From NCBI RefSeq assembly GCF_000150275.1, contig NW_002060946.1, positions 2,871,454 to 2,935,453 on the forward strand: a DNA stretch of 64,000 bases, in the 5' to 3' direction. The stretch comes from Trichoplax adhaerens. Taxonomy: Eukaryota > Animalia > Placozoa. A program made the translations under genes and the position numbers. Below are positions 1-13,954 of this stretch, one piece after another (within the stretch, counting starts at the first letter, position 1; every line of letters starts with the position of its first letter). Under the pieces are notes generated by a model that was not told the DNA's origin, searched no databases, and worked only from the letters and a program-made list of their open reading frames with translations.

Positions 1-100
1 ATTGCTTGTAGTAATGCTTAATAATCAGAATCATAAAAGTTAGGTGTAGATGGTGCATACAGCATCATAATTTGATCCAAAGGGAAAAGTATATATTTAC

Positions 101-3100
101 CAAAAAATGACCAAAACTCATCCTACTTTCAAGGCGATCAACTATTGGCTGTAATTTTTCTATTGCCGTATACCATGGTAAGAAATGAGTTTCGTTGACA
201 AGATATTCTGTCAAAGCAAGACCGGTGCCAAATTTAATTCTTTCTGACCTAGTTTATCGAGAAAAATAATGATATTAGTGATATGGATAGAATTATGCTT
301 AAAAGTCACCCATTTACTATGAAGTACAATAATCCTCTAGCATTTTCATAATTATGGCAAAAACAAGTACATAATATGAGCATTTAATTTCTTACTCAGC
401 AAATGTCATTCCATCGTTGATTAGATTAGATCTATCTCTCTTGGTTAAACTCTAATGAAATAAAACGAATAATAAATTATCATATTAATGAACAGTATAC
501 TTATTTAAGACTTCAATATCAGTAAATATATGGTTATGCAGATTGCCTTAGTGGTGCCATGCTATCAACTGAATTATTTCTTGCAGATATTATCAGTGTA
601 CAATCTAAGAATTTTATATCGTATAGTAATTACTCCTCACTTAATATTATCTAGTATGATTAATATCGCCGTAATAGCGGTATATTGGATTGCTTCACAT
701 TTTGGCTGCTGCATTTATCGTAAAATGATGTTTCAGTACTTACGAAAATATTAATATAAATATTCGTAGCTCAAGGAACTACTCACAGTAAGTAAGGTCA
801 TGATTATATTAGCAGTTTTAGTCTTTCAGAGCTCAATATTTCCTTAGAACATTATTTTTTATCTAAGAATCTAAATTTTACTTCGAAGATGGATGAATGA
901 TTATAATTGTCGAAACTTCTGCAAAAATTCAATAGATAAATTGCTTTGCCATCCATTTTAATTGAAAGCTGTGACAACTACCTTGTTATGAGTTTCTTAA
1001 TATAGGTGCAGCTTTCCATAATAGCTACTGCCCTACCGTACATGTGTTATAATCTTGAAACATAATCACTCAATAAAATGTCTAATCAATCAGTGTATGT
1101 AGCTTAAATATTTAAATAATATGGAAATTCTAATTTTTAGTCGTCGGTTTCGGACTTACACCGGGATTTCTTTTCATGGCTTCAGCTAGGCTTTTCCAGT
1201 TCTCTTCAGGATAGTTTACTCTGAAAAATCCATATGATTTCGTGTTAGCCTTAATCCACGCTCCTTGGGGCCAGTCAAAAGTCGTTTCGGCTAAAAATAT
1301 GCCATAGAATGAGTTTAATTATTCACATCAGTAATATTTTCAAATGATAGAATACTCTATAGAAATCTATGCGCTTTACTCTTTCATTTTAATTTCTGAA
1401 AGCTAAGAAAATAATCTAATAAAATTACCATCATTCATTTGAATTAGCTTATAGTGATTTTTAGATACGTTATTGCTCGAAAACCAGTTCATTGGGATTG
1501 TCCATTTATATCTGCAGTTAGAGTTAAATAGGCAAATTAATATCTTATCATTCCTATACCATAATATCTAGCAGTACTAATCTAATCATAACGACATTTA
1601 AAATAAATAGCGACGTATTAACCACAGGAAACGAATACCGTTGACGATCTGCTAAAGTAAAAATGGTGAGCTCTTAGCTCTCGATAAAGTTCAGGAAACG
1701 TGTTTAATTTACCTTAACAATATTAATTTTATTAGTTCCCTACAGTAATGTATTAGTATGACTTTCTCAATGTCATATTTGTTGCTTTTTCTATGCTTTA
1801 ACGAAGCTAATGATTAAAATACTATTAACGTATATTTAAACCGAGACTGTTAAAACTCCTTGCCTGCTCATTTCGGGCGTTATTGTTTTGACGATGCGTT
1901 CGCTATTTAAAATACCCTTAAACTTTTTATGCCTTGCTATTAATCACTAGTGCTAAAATTTTACGCTTATTAATATCGAAACCATTATAATAAGACAAAA
2001 CTACTACTGTTGTATTTGATTCTGTTGATCGCTGAATATAAATTCTATATTTAGAACCAACTTCATCATGCCACACATTTACACACTGCCTTTTGCTAAA
2101 TCATGATGAATACGCATTTAGCAGCTTATCAGAATTGTGCCAGAGTAAATGTTAGGATTGTAATTTGTATTTCTGTATTCATTTAGCAAGTAAATATAAG
2201 TAGTAAACTGATCAAAGTTCTTACCCATATGGCGAAGTATGTGGCGAAACCGGATTTTCACTATTAGGATCTAAGGTGCCATTTGTTAAATAACGTTGTT
2301 GAGTAAATATCCCTTTACTAGCATCCGTTGGATGGCGTTTAATGGTAACAATAGGATGACCCATTTGCTTAATCCAGGTATTGGCAATATCTGTAATTGT
2401 AGTGCCATCGCCGACTGTCTAATATTTTAAAAAATTATACTTGCTTCCGTTATAATATCGCATAATAACGATAATATTAAGATAGGCAGTGTATGGGACT
2501 AAAAATGAATTTCAAACGGAACTAAGAAGCACAATAAAATAGACGAGCTTAATAGCTATTGGCTTACTTCTTCCATGGCTTTCCATAGGTCACTTGGACT
2601 TGATTCTTTCCACTGTCTTCGGCTGACATATAACTGAAATAAAATATGTCAATTTCACAAGGGATTTTAAACTTCAGTTCTCTTTAGTGGTAAGTTAGAA
2701 CAATTTCCCATATTAACATCTTATCCTTACTTTAATACTGTTTTCATAATTTTTATCTCCAATCATATTTCTGAACATGCGTAATACACTGCCTCCCTAT
2801 TTAATTGCATAAACAAATTTGTAAGAGAGTTTATTTAAATAAATATCGAACACATTAAAACTGATAACAGCTAGATGGATCAAAGAAAATAATATAAATG
2901 AATTAATAGGTCATGTATATCCTGATATCAGGCTAACTGCAATTGCAGATTGTTTTATTCGAAATTCATTTTATAACTTAGCGGCAGATATATTCTCTAG
3001 TCTCATACAGTGAACACTAAATTCTAGCAAGCTAAAATGACCAGTAATAGAACTGATTATCGTATAATTTAAAGGCATCACGACTAATTGCATAAATTTA

Positions 3101-6100
3101 AAGATTTTCACAGCCTTAAAAGATAACCCAGTGCTTTTTCAAACAGCTCTGAAAAGTTTGCAGGATATCACTTTGCAAAATCGTATACTATCCGATCGTA
3201 TAACAGATATACTTACAAGTCGATTAAAGTTGCATACTCCAGCTGTATAAGTAAATAAACCAGCGTAAATTTAGCTATATTATTCGCTAACAGAATAGAA
3301 ATGAGAAGCAGGAAAATAGAAATTGTTCAGATGCATGAAAAGCACCATCAGATTTTTATGCACTCATTTTTTATAAAAGCCGTAAGGGGCTGTTATGGTA
3401 CTACGTTGCCTAAATTATAGAGTTTAAGAAAGTATTGTTGCTGACAGTATTTTAGTATTATAGTATAGGAAATACAGGATTTGTTGTACTTATGGCTGTA
3501 AGAATTAATATCCTACAGTAAATCAATATTACTCTTGCTTTATTCGAAAAATGAAAGCTAAGAACGTTATTTGTAATGTGATACAGCTATAAGCTAATAA
3601 GGCTTTGTGATTACGTACCTAATTTAGATAAGATTATTCTTTATAAATAAGTTTATCTTTTTATCTAATTTCATCATTAAGTGTGTCTGGTATTTCTTTG
3701 TAAAGATAAACGGTTCTTTATGAGTGTATTTATTGGTTTAAATCAGTTGATTTAGAGCGAGAACAGTGAGTAGTGAGTTAACTGAATAAAGCTGTTTTGT
3801 AGTTTATAGTACAGTGTGTCTACTGGATGTGAGCCTTTTAGAAGGGTAGTTCTTAGGCGTTATAGTAGCAGTACCATATTCTTACTAGATCTTTCAACAG
3901 ATTAGGGTAGTAATCTGTAAAAGCAACTCAAAGTAAGTGCTTTACGTTAGACTGGTAAACTTGTCAGGAAGTAGTTCGTGACAGGGGCAAAAATCACTTA
4001 TTTGATGTTTTAGATAAATATAGTTTTTCTACTTATATGTATATATATATCACTACTATCTAAACGACATGATTAGTATTAATGTAAACGCTGTCATTGA
4101 TTTTTAATATTTACCTTATTGTACGCAACCGGGCTGTAGTAACTAAGCAAGTAAGCATTATTTGGGAAAAAGTTTACTTCCATTGGATGAGATGACTTGG
4201 ATGCGTCGATAGCTAATCCAGTTTGAAGTTCACGAACTACAAATAAATCCATCTGAAAATAAAGAAATACGAATACAAAGCAATTAGAGCACATAAATAT
4301 TTCTATCTGCTTAAGAAGGGCTATAAAATTTATTCTATTAATATTAGCTATACCAATTCCCATGATGGTTCAAATTGACTTGATCCAATGTATTCGTAAA
4401 ATGATGCAAATCCCTCATTAAGCCAGACATTACTCCACCAATGAAAGGTAACTAAGTTACCAAACCACTAGTTTTATTGCAGATGTATCAGTAACATAAA
4501 TTAAAATTAAAGAGTTGTTTAGTGATAAATATAATGATATACGTCCATTCTGTAGATAGAAATAAGTATATTCATAATAACTCTCTGAAATGGATAATAA
4601 GCACTGAATTAAATTGTTTTACTACAGTTACGAGCAAATCTTTTGTTAGGTATTACACTAAGCAACATAATACTTTTATTATAAATCCAACATTTTAAAA
4701 ACAATAATCATTTCTAGTTCATAAATTTTTAGCTAGATTGCTAATTACTACATGATTAAAAAGCTAATGCTGCCTAGCAAAAAAATAAAAGTACCTACTA
4801 CTGTATTATTTATTACATCTTTCAGCTAGACTGCGGCACTCTTTAAGTAAATAAAAGTAACTACTACTGTATTATTTATTACATCTTTTAGTTAGACTGC
4901 GGCATCCTTTAAGCGAATACTATAATTTGATGTAAAATTGTTACAATTCTGCTTCACACTATCTAAATTTTAACACCATAGAACATTGTAATTTAAGACG
5001 CACAAGAGTATTTAGTAGATTGAAATGAGCTCGTATGGTGCTAATATTTGGTGTAGGGTACAGTACATAATAAAACTACAATAAGCTACCGAACTTGATC
5101 AATTAAAACAATATTAAGTATTTAAACAATTAATAGCAATTTAATGGATAAGATATCGATCAATTAAGCACTAAATCTTGTAGGATAGATTAAGTTGAGC
5201 TATTAAAGTAGAAATCAGGTTACGTTGAAGACTATCTACAAATTTTTCTAAACCAAATCCTACCAACGTCAGGAGAGTAAAAACTCCTCTAGATGTTATC
5301 TAAACCATCTTGCAAGAAGTTCTAGAGCTATAGAAGCATAGATTCAAAGTCGACCAAGCCGAATAACATACCATATGAGCTAATTCATGACTTATAATTC
5401 GTGCGATTCGCTCTCGATAGTAAACAGTATCTTCAGCAGGATTAAATAGCAGTACACGTTGCAGATAGACAATTAATCCCCAATTTTCCATAGCGCTAAA
5501 AGGAAAGTTATCGATAGCAATCATGTCTACAATAGATATATAAATTACAGCATAAGTTTAATGAACCTGTTTAACATTCATCTTGTTAAAGTCCTTGAAT
5601 TACATGTAGATACGAGTACTCGTATTAATCGAAGATAGACTTTATTATACAATTCGTAAAGTCAGCTATAATTCTTGTCAAAGTATTCTGAAATAATTTA
5701 TGGCTAATTGAAGACTAAAGTAAATTGAATTTATACCTAATTTCGGCAGAGAGTATGGTTGACCGATTAATTGTTCGAAATAATTGGTTATATTAATACC
5801 AGCCTGCAACGCATAATGACCGTATTGAACGACTTCTTTATCAGCATAAATTCTCACCTAAATTTTAAACGGGAATAGAAACTTGCAAATTAATTGATAA
5901 TGTTTTACAATCCTGCTTTTAAAGCAAAAATTATTTCGCTTCTTAAACCATAAGAGCGTTTCATTGGCTGTAAATTTATCACTTGATTTCAATAATATTC
6001 TCTTCTAATTAGTTAAGTATCGTATGCATTAAAAATAAGTACCATCATAACTTAGCTCTAATTACAAACTAACCAAGCAAAAATCAACGATCATGATATG

Positions 6101-7854
6101 GAGTAGCATAAATTGGCTATAAATACCTTACGCAATACTTAAATATTACTGGCCTTACCGGTGTTCCCCTATTAGTTTTCCCTTCAATATAACCATATTT
6201 ACTGACAACCATGGCCAATAAGTAGGCGCTCATTTTCACAGTATCTATAAAGCAATCAAAATTAACAACTCATTCCATAGGTTTAGTGAATAAATGAATC
6301 CCAATACAAAAAAATATCGTCTTGTCCTCGTTGCTTTTTCTAGAAAAACTTACTTTGGAATTGATGGATAGTTTTGCCATTTCCTAGGACGCTATGACTT
6401 ATGTTTGGCGTATTGAATAACGGGAAATAATCACTTGGAACAGTTATACTACCGCTATAATTTGCTTTGATAGCTGGCTCATCGTGTAATGGCATTATTC
6501 GGCGAGCATCCGTTGCTGCACTTTGGCTAACAATCATCCAACTAATCGAAGAATGCAAATTAAAGAAAGGAAAAAATTATTTGTAAATTATTATAACGCG
6601 CACATTTCATTATTTTAGATAGGGAAGTTTATTCAGATAAATCAAGTTCTTGCTGCGAATAATAAAAATTGGCTTAGCCTTACTACTGTGGTGGGAAGCC
6701 ATATACATAAGTATCGTTAGCGTATGAGCATATTTGTGTATTTCACGTACAGACAACTCTTATAAGGTAGGATTCAGACTGAATACTAAATTTGCTTCTA
6801 CCGTACAAGTAACCTAATTATAACATCAACTACAAGGTTAATCAATATAATCAACTTTCCATTGAACTTTATTGCGACTAATGCCGAACTCTCAACCTTC
6901 CGAAACATCACATTCATCATCCTTCGTTTTCTCTTAAAGCTCAAATTGGTAACAAAATTTTTACATATCTATAATCCATTACTCTATATATTAATTATGT
7001 CATATAACACGGATAGAATACAACAACGTTGACCACCTTTGGTTTTATAAATTGAACCAAGATATAGTATTCCAGTGGTTTAGTAACATAATGTTTATCC
7101 TATTCTTTCGAATAAAAATCGCATATTTCCATCCCGGAACTCGCAATACTCACGTAATATCTCCATTGAGATGTCTATATTGATTTGCAAAAAGACCAAA
7201 ATAATCCGTGCTTAAGTTAGCTTTATATTCAAATTTCATAAAATAAGTCCCTGGTTGAAGTGGAGTAGCAACCATCATGTAGAAGAATTCATTCTTAGTG
7301 TATTCACCAAAATCTGTGAGTGGAATAAGTTTATCGCTTGAAAATTGCAAATCGCTAGCCAGCAAAGGATTGGCTGTTAATTTCATGCCTTTCATGTGTA
7401 TGACAAGAATGTCAGTAGCTGATAAAACTTGCACTTCTGCAATATTGGATCCCGAATAATTCCTTCCTGAAACATCAATGTCTAAAGCAAATCGATATTG
7501 GATCGGTCGAACGTTTGTTGGAAGTCGCAAACTATTTAACACCGCTTTACTTCCTGTAAACGGTGTTGGTTTCGGCTTCATGGTTGCTTTTTGTGTAGTA
7601 ACTACAAGCTGTTTCTTAGTTGTAGGCTGCATTTTATGAGTTGTAGCATGTGTTAACGTGGGATTCGTTGGTTTGGTCGTTGTATGATCGGTACCACCTT
7701 GTTGTTCATGACTTCCGCATGATTTTCCGGTTAATCCCGCAATAAGACCAACGGCAATGACGAGAACGATGACGACGATAGCGGTGATAATTACCTGAGT
7801 CTTTGTCACAAAATACCCACCGGGCTTCTCATCTTTTCCCTTCTCCGAGCCCAT
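101..7854 (-). CDS. M1-family zinc aminopeptidase (aminopeptidase N-like), type II membrane ectoenzyme; 3' end continues beyond the left window edge
   Basis: In-phase GT-AG exons: 7154-7854, 6354-6541, 6159-6244, 5737-5857, 5372-5526, 4354-4467, 4115-4252, 2731-2796, 2568-2633, 2225-2418, 1429-1511, 1160-1290, 396-451, 101-248. Protein: [20 protein letters not shown] helix ([21 protein letters not shown]), Thr/Lys-rich stalk, [70 protein letters not shown] (HEXXH-18-E), AYNKGGSVLRM (catalytic Tyr), [15 protein letters not shown]. Confidence 0.93.
3391..3983 (+). mobile_element. 593-bp TGT...ACA element with perfect 5-bp TSD (solo LTR or non-autonomous DNA element), copy 1, in an aminopeptidase intron
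   Basis: Begins TGTTATGGTACTAC and ends GTAGTTCGTGACA (imperfect terminal inverted repeat); flanked by GGGGC on both sides (3386-3390, 3984-3988); internal AATAAA at 3785; homologous to 8899-9132 and 21361-21914. Confidence 0.8.
4783..4913. repeat. Two-unit 66-bp tandem duplication in an aminopeptidase intron
   Basis: AAATAAAAGTA.CTACTACTGTATTATTTATTACATCTTT.AG.TAGACTGCGGCA..CTTTAAG occurs at 4783 and 4849. Confidence 0.85.
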
Positions 7855-8898
7855 TTTTGTAAACTGATTGGACTGAAATGGATTGATCACACTTAATTGA
7901 AGCTAAATAGCTGCCTCTATTCTTCAATCTAGTTGTTTTAACTACAACTAGGCTTCAAGAATATTATGAGCAACGGAAAGTGTTTATTAGTTTGATTTAT
8001 AGGTTTGCCTTTACTCAGATTAACTAAAAAGTAAATAAATATTCTCCGTATGCACCACCATTTTTACCAATCGACGATGACTATCGTGTTTATATTTTTT
8101 TCAAATTACTGTCATTCTAGAAGGCAGAACATAACCGTCTATTGGCTATGAAATATTTAGGGTGTTCAAGAAAATTTACGCGAAGCCATCAAAATCAATA
8201 ATTTAGTACCACTCTATGCCATCTCTCGTGATAATTTTCGTATAACTTGGTCTCTGTCAAAATTGTCAGGGCCATTATTAATTTGCAATCATTCCATACC
8301 ATGAGAAATAACATACATGTTCACTAAAGCAACTTATATTCCCAAGCTAAAATGCTATAGTAATCAATTCACAGTTATAAGTATCTGTTTTCATATTGCT
8401 TGATGTAGATAAGTCATACGATATATCAAAGTTAATTAACATTCTTTCACATAAGTAGTGTGATATCTGCATGAACGCGCTATTAAAGGTTTTATATAAA
8501 ATTGACAGTCAACAGCTGCGATATACTATCTGTACTGCAACTATACGATATTGCTTTTGTTATATCAGTAAATTGTTAAGAGAACGGCTCTCAAATAGAA
8601 TTTCTACTAGTATAACTATGCGTCTACGATGTTTGTAGTGTTATAATAAAAGCATAAGTATTGAAGATTAATTGCAGAATTATCTCTTATAGTAACTTAC
8701 GGTAAAAAATAATTATCTACATGAAGCAATTGAAGTAGTGGCAGGATATATGGACTCTTTGTTGTAGGCGTTTTAGCGACAACTAATTTTGTTTATGAAT
8801 CAATAGTAGTAATGCTGTCGTTATAGAATGTCAAATAAACCTAAAGGCCTGATCTAAGCTATAATTGCTGATTGTAGATAGAATTACTAGTGGCTAGA

Positions 8899-9132
8899 TG
8901 TTACCGCACTACCTTGCCTAAATTATAGATTTAAGAAAGTATTGTTGCTCACATTATTTCAGTGTTATAGTATAGTTGTAAACCTTTTAGAAGGGTAGTT
9001 CGTAGGCGTTATAGTAGCAGTGCTATATTCTTACTAGATCTTTCGACAGATTAAGGTAGTAATCTGTAGAAGCAACTTAAAGTAAGTGCTTTACATTAGA
9101 CTAGTAAACTTGTCAAGAAGTAGTCCGTGACA
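8899..9132 (+). mobile_element. Internally deleted copy 2 of the TGT...ACA element (234 bp)
   Basis: TGTTACCGCACTAC...GTAGTCCGTGACA; 8899-~8975 matches 3391-~3468 and ~8980-9132 matches ~3830-3983; flanks CTAGA/GTAGA (5-bp TSD, one mismatch). Confidence 0.78.
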
Positions 9133-12100
9133 GTAGACCATTAATTTTATCTATTGGAGGGATCTAAGGTGCAATATTTCTGAGCTTGTGTGACTAATTA
9201 TAGTACTAGCCAGTAAGTCTGTAAAGCATATAAAAGGGATTCTACGACAACTACCGAAATTAAGTTATTACATTGCTTTATGTTACTTGTAAGAAATGCC
9301 ATTTTTTTTATCCATGATTTCATATAAAATTCATTAAAGTAGATTGCATAATTGACCTCTAATTCCTTTATTTTAGAAATGATTTTCAAATTTTAACTTA
9401 ATACAACTATGTCGGATAATAAATTATATCGATTGAAAGATAATGCTGCAGTAATCGCCTTGCAATGGTATATATCATTGAGCAATATACAGGTTGAAAA
9501 ATCATCCGTTCGTATCTCCGCCGTTCTGCATCCCATAATTGCATAATGGCAGAATAAAAAGGGTTCTAGGGGCCAATTGCCCCGTATAATAAAAAGGGCG
9601 GTGTATTTCAGTAGTTTAGTAAACAATTAGAGATAAATAAGGAAGATGGGCTGGTATACTAATATATTAAAGGTAACCATGCGGATAGTAGGCAAGATTT
9701 CTTGGTCAATTTAACTGCAGCCGAAAATTCTGACAACTGTTTTACCTTTAATACTTTCATACTAATTAACCTCGAAATCATTAGATTTTGACCTGTCAAT
9801 CAGATTACAGAAGGAAGCTGTTTCTGACGTAAATAAAGATAGATATTTTGCTTCGGAGAAAACTTTTTCAAAGCAATATTTGTCAAATTGTTTCCCCAAA
9901 TTTTTAACTTTCGTTATTACTCACAAGTAGATAAAATTACAATGAAATAGCATATTTTTCTAATCGCTTGAAAGGAGCTTTATCGGCAATTAGTATATCA
10001 TTTTGATATGGAATACACTGACTTGAATCAAACATGATATCAGATTTCTCAATGCAAAGCTACCCTCCACTAAGCTAAATTGTAAACTGGCTATATACGC
10101 CTAAATCACGTATGAGCACGACAACTTTTTATCTTCAATTTAAATTATAAACTTTAAGTTAATAAACTTCAATTGTTTTATTTAATCCAAGCCTTAATAT
10201 CAACTATGAAACATTCTAAAATCACACCATCAACATTTCTGCAATTACGAACTGTGTTTTGCTAAATTCTTCCTGCCACAGTACCCTAAAGAGTCAGGGT
10301 TCAACTGCAAATAGAACAACTTGTTAATAGCATCTCTTGTACAAGCTCTAACGACGAATATTGGAAGCCATCAAATTCAATCTGAAATCTAGAAATGCAA
10401 TATTATCATTCCATGATTATAGTGGTCACGAAACTTTAATGATATCTATTTATTGCCATTTGTGAATCTAATTTTCATGATTTTATCATTATATTTGGTG
10501 ATTAAAATTAAATTTTTGATAATTTTAAGCTTCCTATTAATAGTCAAAAGCTTCTTAAAAGAAAGTAGAAAGGACTAAACTATCATCAATTATAATTAAA
10601 CTCATTGACCTTTTATTTGAAGTGGAGTAAACTGAATTATTACATGGAGTATTAATTTAGAGATGTTATCTGTATAGAAACTTACCATAAGCTATCCAGT
10701 TTCAATCATTCATCAGGTAGATGAAATTTATTCCTCAGGACAAAATTACAGTAAATGACAAGCGATCGTATTGATCCTAAAATTAATTTATTTAAGGTAG
10801 CCGGCAATGCCGATTGCTAATTCAAGCTTTACATAATTGCAATGGTTTAGGTCACTAAAATGAACTTATCAAGGACAATCAAATTAATTGATCGATAAGT
10901 TAGTTTATTATACTTAAAAGTATAGTTAATATATTCGACTATTATAAATTGAGCTATGAGATAAAACATTCAATTTGCCCTACAACTTTAATTGTTTATT
11001 ACTTTTGGTATCTTCTTAAATTTATCCTTATCGATGTTACATTACCATAAATAATCGCCGCGAAAGCTTACCGGTATCGATGGCAAGCTTTAGCACATGT
11101 AGGAGCTGATAATGTAGTTGATGAATGCGCATGCTGCAAATTCAGGATGATTATTTTTAGTCTAGACAGTTAGTCTGGTCGGTCTCTGCTTATCGCTTCA
11201 AACGTGTCATTTACCACAATCGAAATTCTTTAATTTTAAAAATATAGTTTATTAAAATCTGTTGATTAGTACACACACAAATTATTATTAATATTACTGA
11301 AATTATTCTGATTAGTCATAGCTGATAGTTTGAAGTGATCTACAGTGACAATCGGAACTCATGAACAAGAAATTTAATGGGTTAGATATGATTGATATAA
11401 CACGTATTGGAAAAATTATAGAAAGTTTATTTTACAATTACCTTAAAAATATATCTTGCGATATTAAAGTTATCGTAAATAGAAATTAAAAATCCCAATA
11501 GTTCCATTAATTCCACCTGATTAATATTGTAAGATTGCAATAACTATTTTATAATTTATGGTGATAGAATTATTTATAAAATGTTAGAGTTATACTTTAT
11601 AACTAAATCATAAGTAATTAACTTAAAAAATTATTTTCTGCTTACTTTCGTACAATGAAACGAGACATAAATTTGTTCATGTGGGTCAAAGTCTCCTCCA
11701 TCTGTAACGATTTGGAATGAGTAGATAGAGTCTACAGTGACAGATCGCAAGTTAAATAGTTTAATGACATATTGATACATATTCACATTTCGTATGTTAT
11801 GTAATCGTAGTTCATTAAGAGTTAATTAATTTAGCTGTTGATAAGGTTTGTAGCTCAAGTTACTTAATTCTATCTAGCGAGTATTCAATCTGTGAAATCT
11901 TTGTGTGCAGACATGTAGACATTTTACTCAATGACCAACTGGTACATATTAATTTTGACCATATAGCTGGTAATTATAATTAATAGCCAATTATAGAAAT
12001 CCTGCTAATATTACCAAGAGTTGATAATCTGCTCGTCCTTTACATAGATATTATACAGATATTTTATGTACACCTGGTAATTCTTTCAATTATAGATAGC

Positions 12101-13954
12101 CAATCATGAAAATAGCAATAATAACAAGCCTTGATGATATAGCTACCTTTATAACAGACAAATACCTGAACAGCGGTTTCAAGTCGACATGATTTTATTC
12201 ACATTTGTTCAAAATTGTTATAAATAATGCTCTACTCAATATCTAATTTTTGATTTTCTGATCTACGAATATTCTTAATGAATGCTGGAAAATTTCATGG
12301 TATTAGGAAAGAAAATGTAACACAAGTATTTCTGCATGACTTCAAGCATAAAGTTCTTTACTACCGGTAATTAATAACCACTACCATGATGTTTTAAGAT
12401 AAATGGATCAAGTTCCTTATTTACTTCCTTTAAAGCAACAATGTTGGTTAACCTGAATATTATTTCGCTTGATGTCAACATGGACGTCTCGATAATAAAA
12501 TAATAAGAGAAGTGATATCAATCTCATAATCATCTGGTTGTGAATGTTGAATATTGAGCACCATCTTATTAAAAGGTAAGATTTGATAGTGTTATCCAAT
12601 AAGATCTACTTTTAGCTATATCATTTTTTATCAATTATATATAATTAATAACTGATAGGATATCCTTTGAAACTTTATCTGTCATATAGCTGGAATTTAT
12701 TCAAATGCATTAATAAAGTAGTACAACTGTTATGAATACTGTCTTTGCTCTTTATCAAGCTACCAAGCCATACTGGCTTACTCATACTAAAACTGAGTTT
12801 CACGATAAAAGAAAAAATGCACTATGGAATTACCTAGCAATATATACCGTCAACTATTGTAATAATCGCTAGATTGTATTATCTTCAATAGAATAGTAGC
12901 AATAAAAATAACAATGACATCTATTAGATATCATTAGGAAGAATGAATAGATAATAGAATGCTTTGGATACTTGTTAGTAAACAGGGCATTTTCAATTCC
13001 AGCGAAAGACAGCATACGAGAAATAAGAAAACAAAGGAAACTGGATACCATTAAAATTTACTGTGTTATAAAGCGTTTCAACAATTGTAATTACTTGCGA
13101 AAAAAACTTAACGACTCAACGATAAAATTGTTCTTCCCACTGTAAGTTAATTTGCAAACGATTAGAGTTTGGGCAGGTATGGAAGAGGCATCATAATTAG
13201 GAAATAAAATAAGCCAATTAAATTTGAATTGCGCCATTTTTATCAGACTTATGTTTTGGCTTTCAATTAGCTTTGATTGTTTTTATTTTTTTTTCCTGCT
13301 TTAATATAAAATCTACATTACAACGAAAAGTTAACTGAATGATAGGTAATATGTATTCTAACTCATAAATGATTTTACTTCAAAACGATATAATCTAAAT
13401 GACGCAATTACATATTTACATGGTCTGAATAGCCATTCGAATGTTACTCAAAATAGCAAATAAAGAAAAATAAGCATGAATATTAGCATAAAGCAAAATA
13501 AGGTTGTTAATCTTGAGGTTAAGATTTTATAGCATTTCTGTTTATACATGATAAAGATTCTAGGATCTTTTAACTAAAAATTGTTTTTATCATAGATTTA
13601 CAACGTAGCAGCACGATGAAAAGTATACATATTAGAAAGGAAAAGAGCTAGGATTATATACAGTAGTGATCATACACTTCTTTCTGCTAGTGACTTAGTT
13701 GTCAATTTTCTATTGCTCCTGATAGTTGAGATTTTGCCTTATCACTATAAATTATAAGGAATATCAATGAAAGTTTTAATTGAATATCATTTTTCATTTT
13801 TACAGTCGAACATTGACTTAATAGTTGATATTGCTAGCTTTAACGATGAAACACTTTACTAAGATAACATCCTTTTATAATAATAAGATGTTTCTGTTAT
13901 GTATTTTAATCAAGAAAGTGCTTAACCGTCTTCTTTTATGCCTGTAGACAAAAG

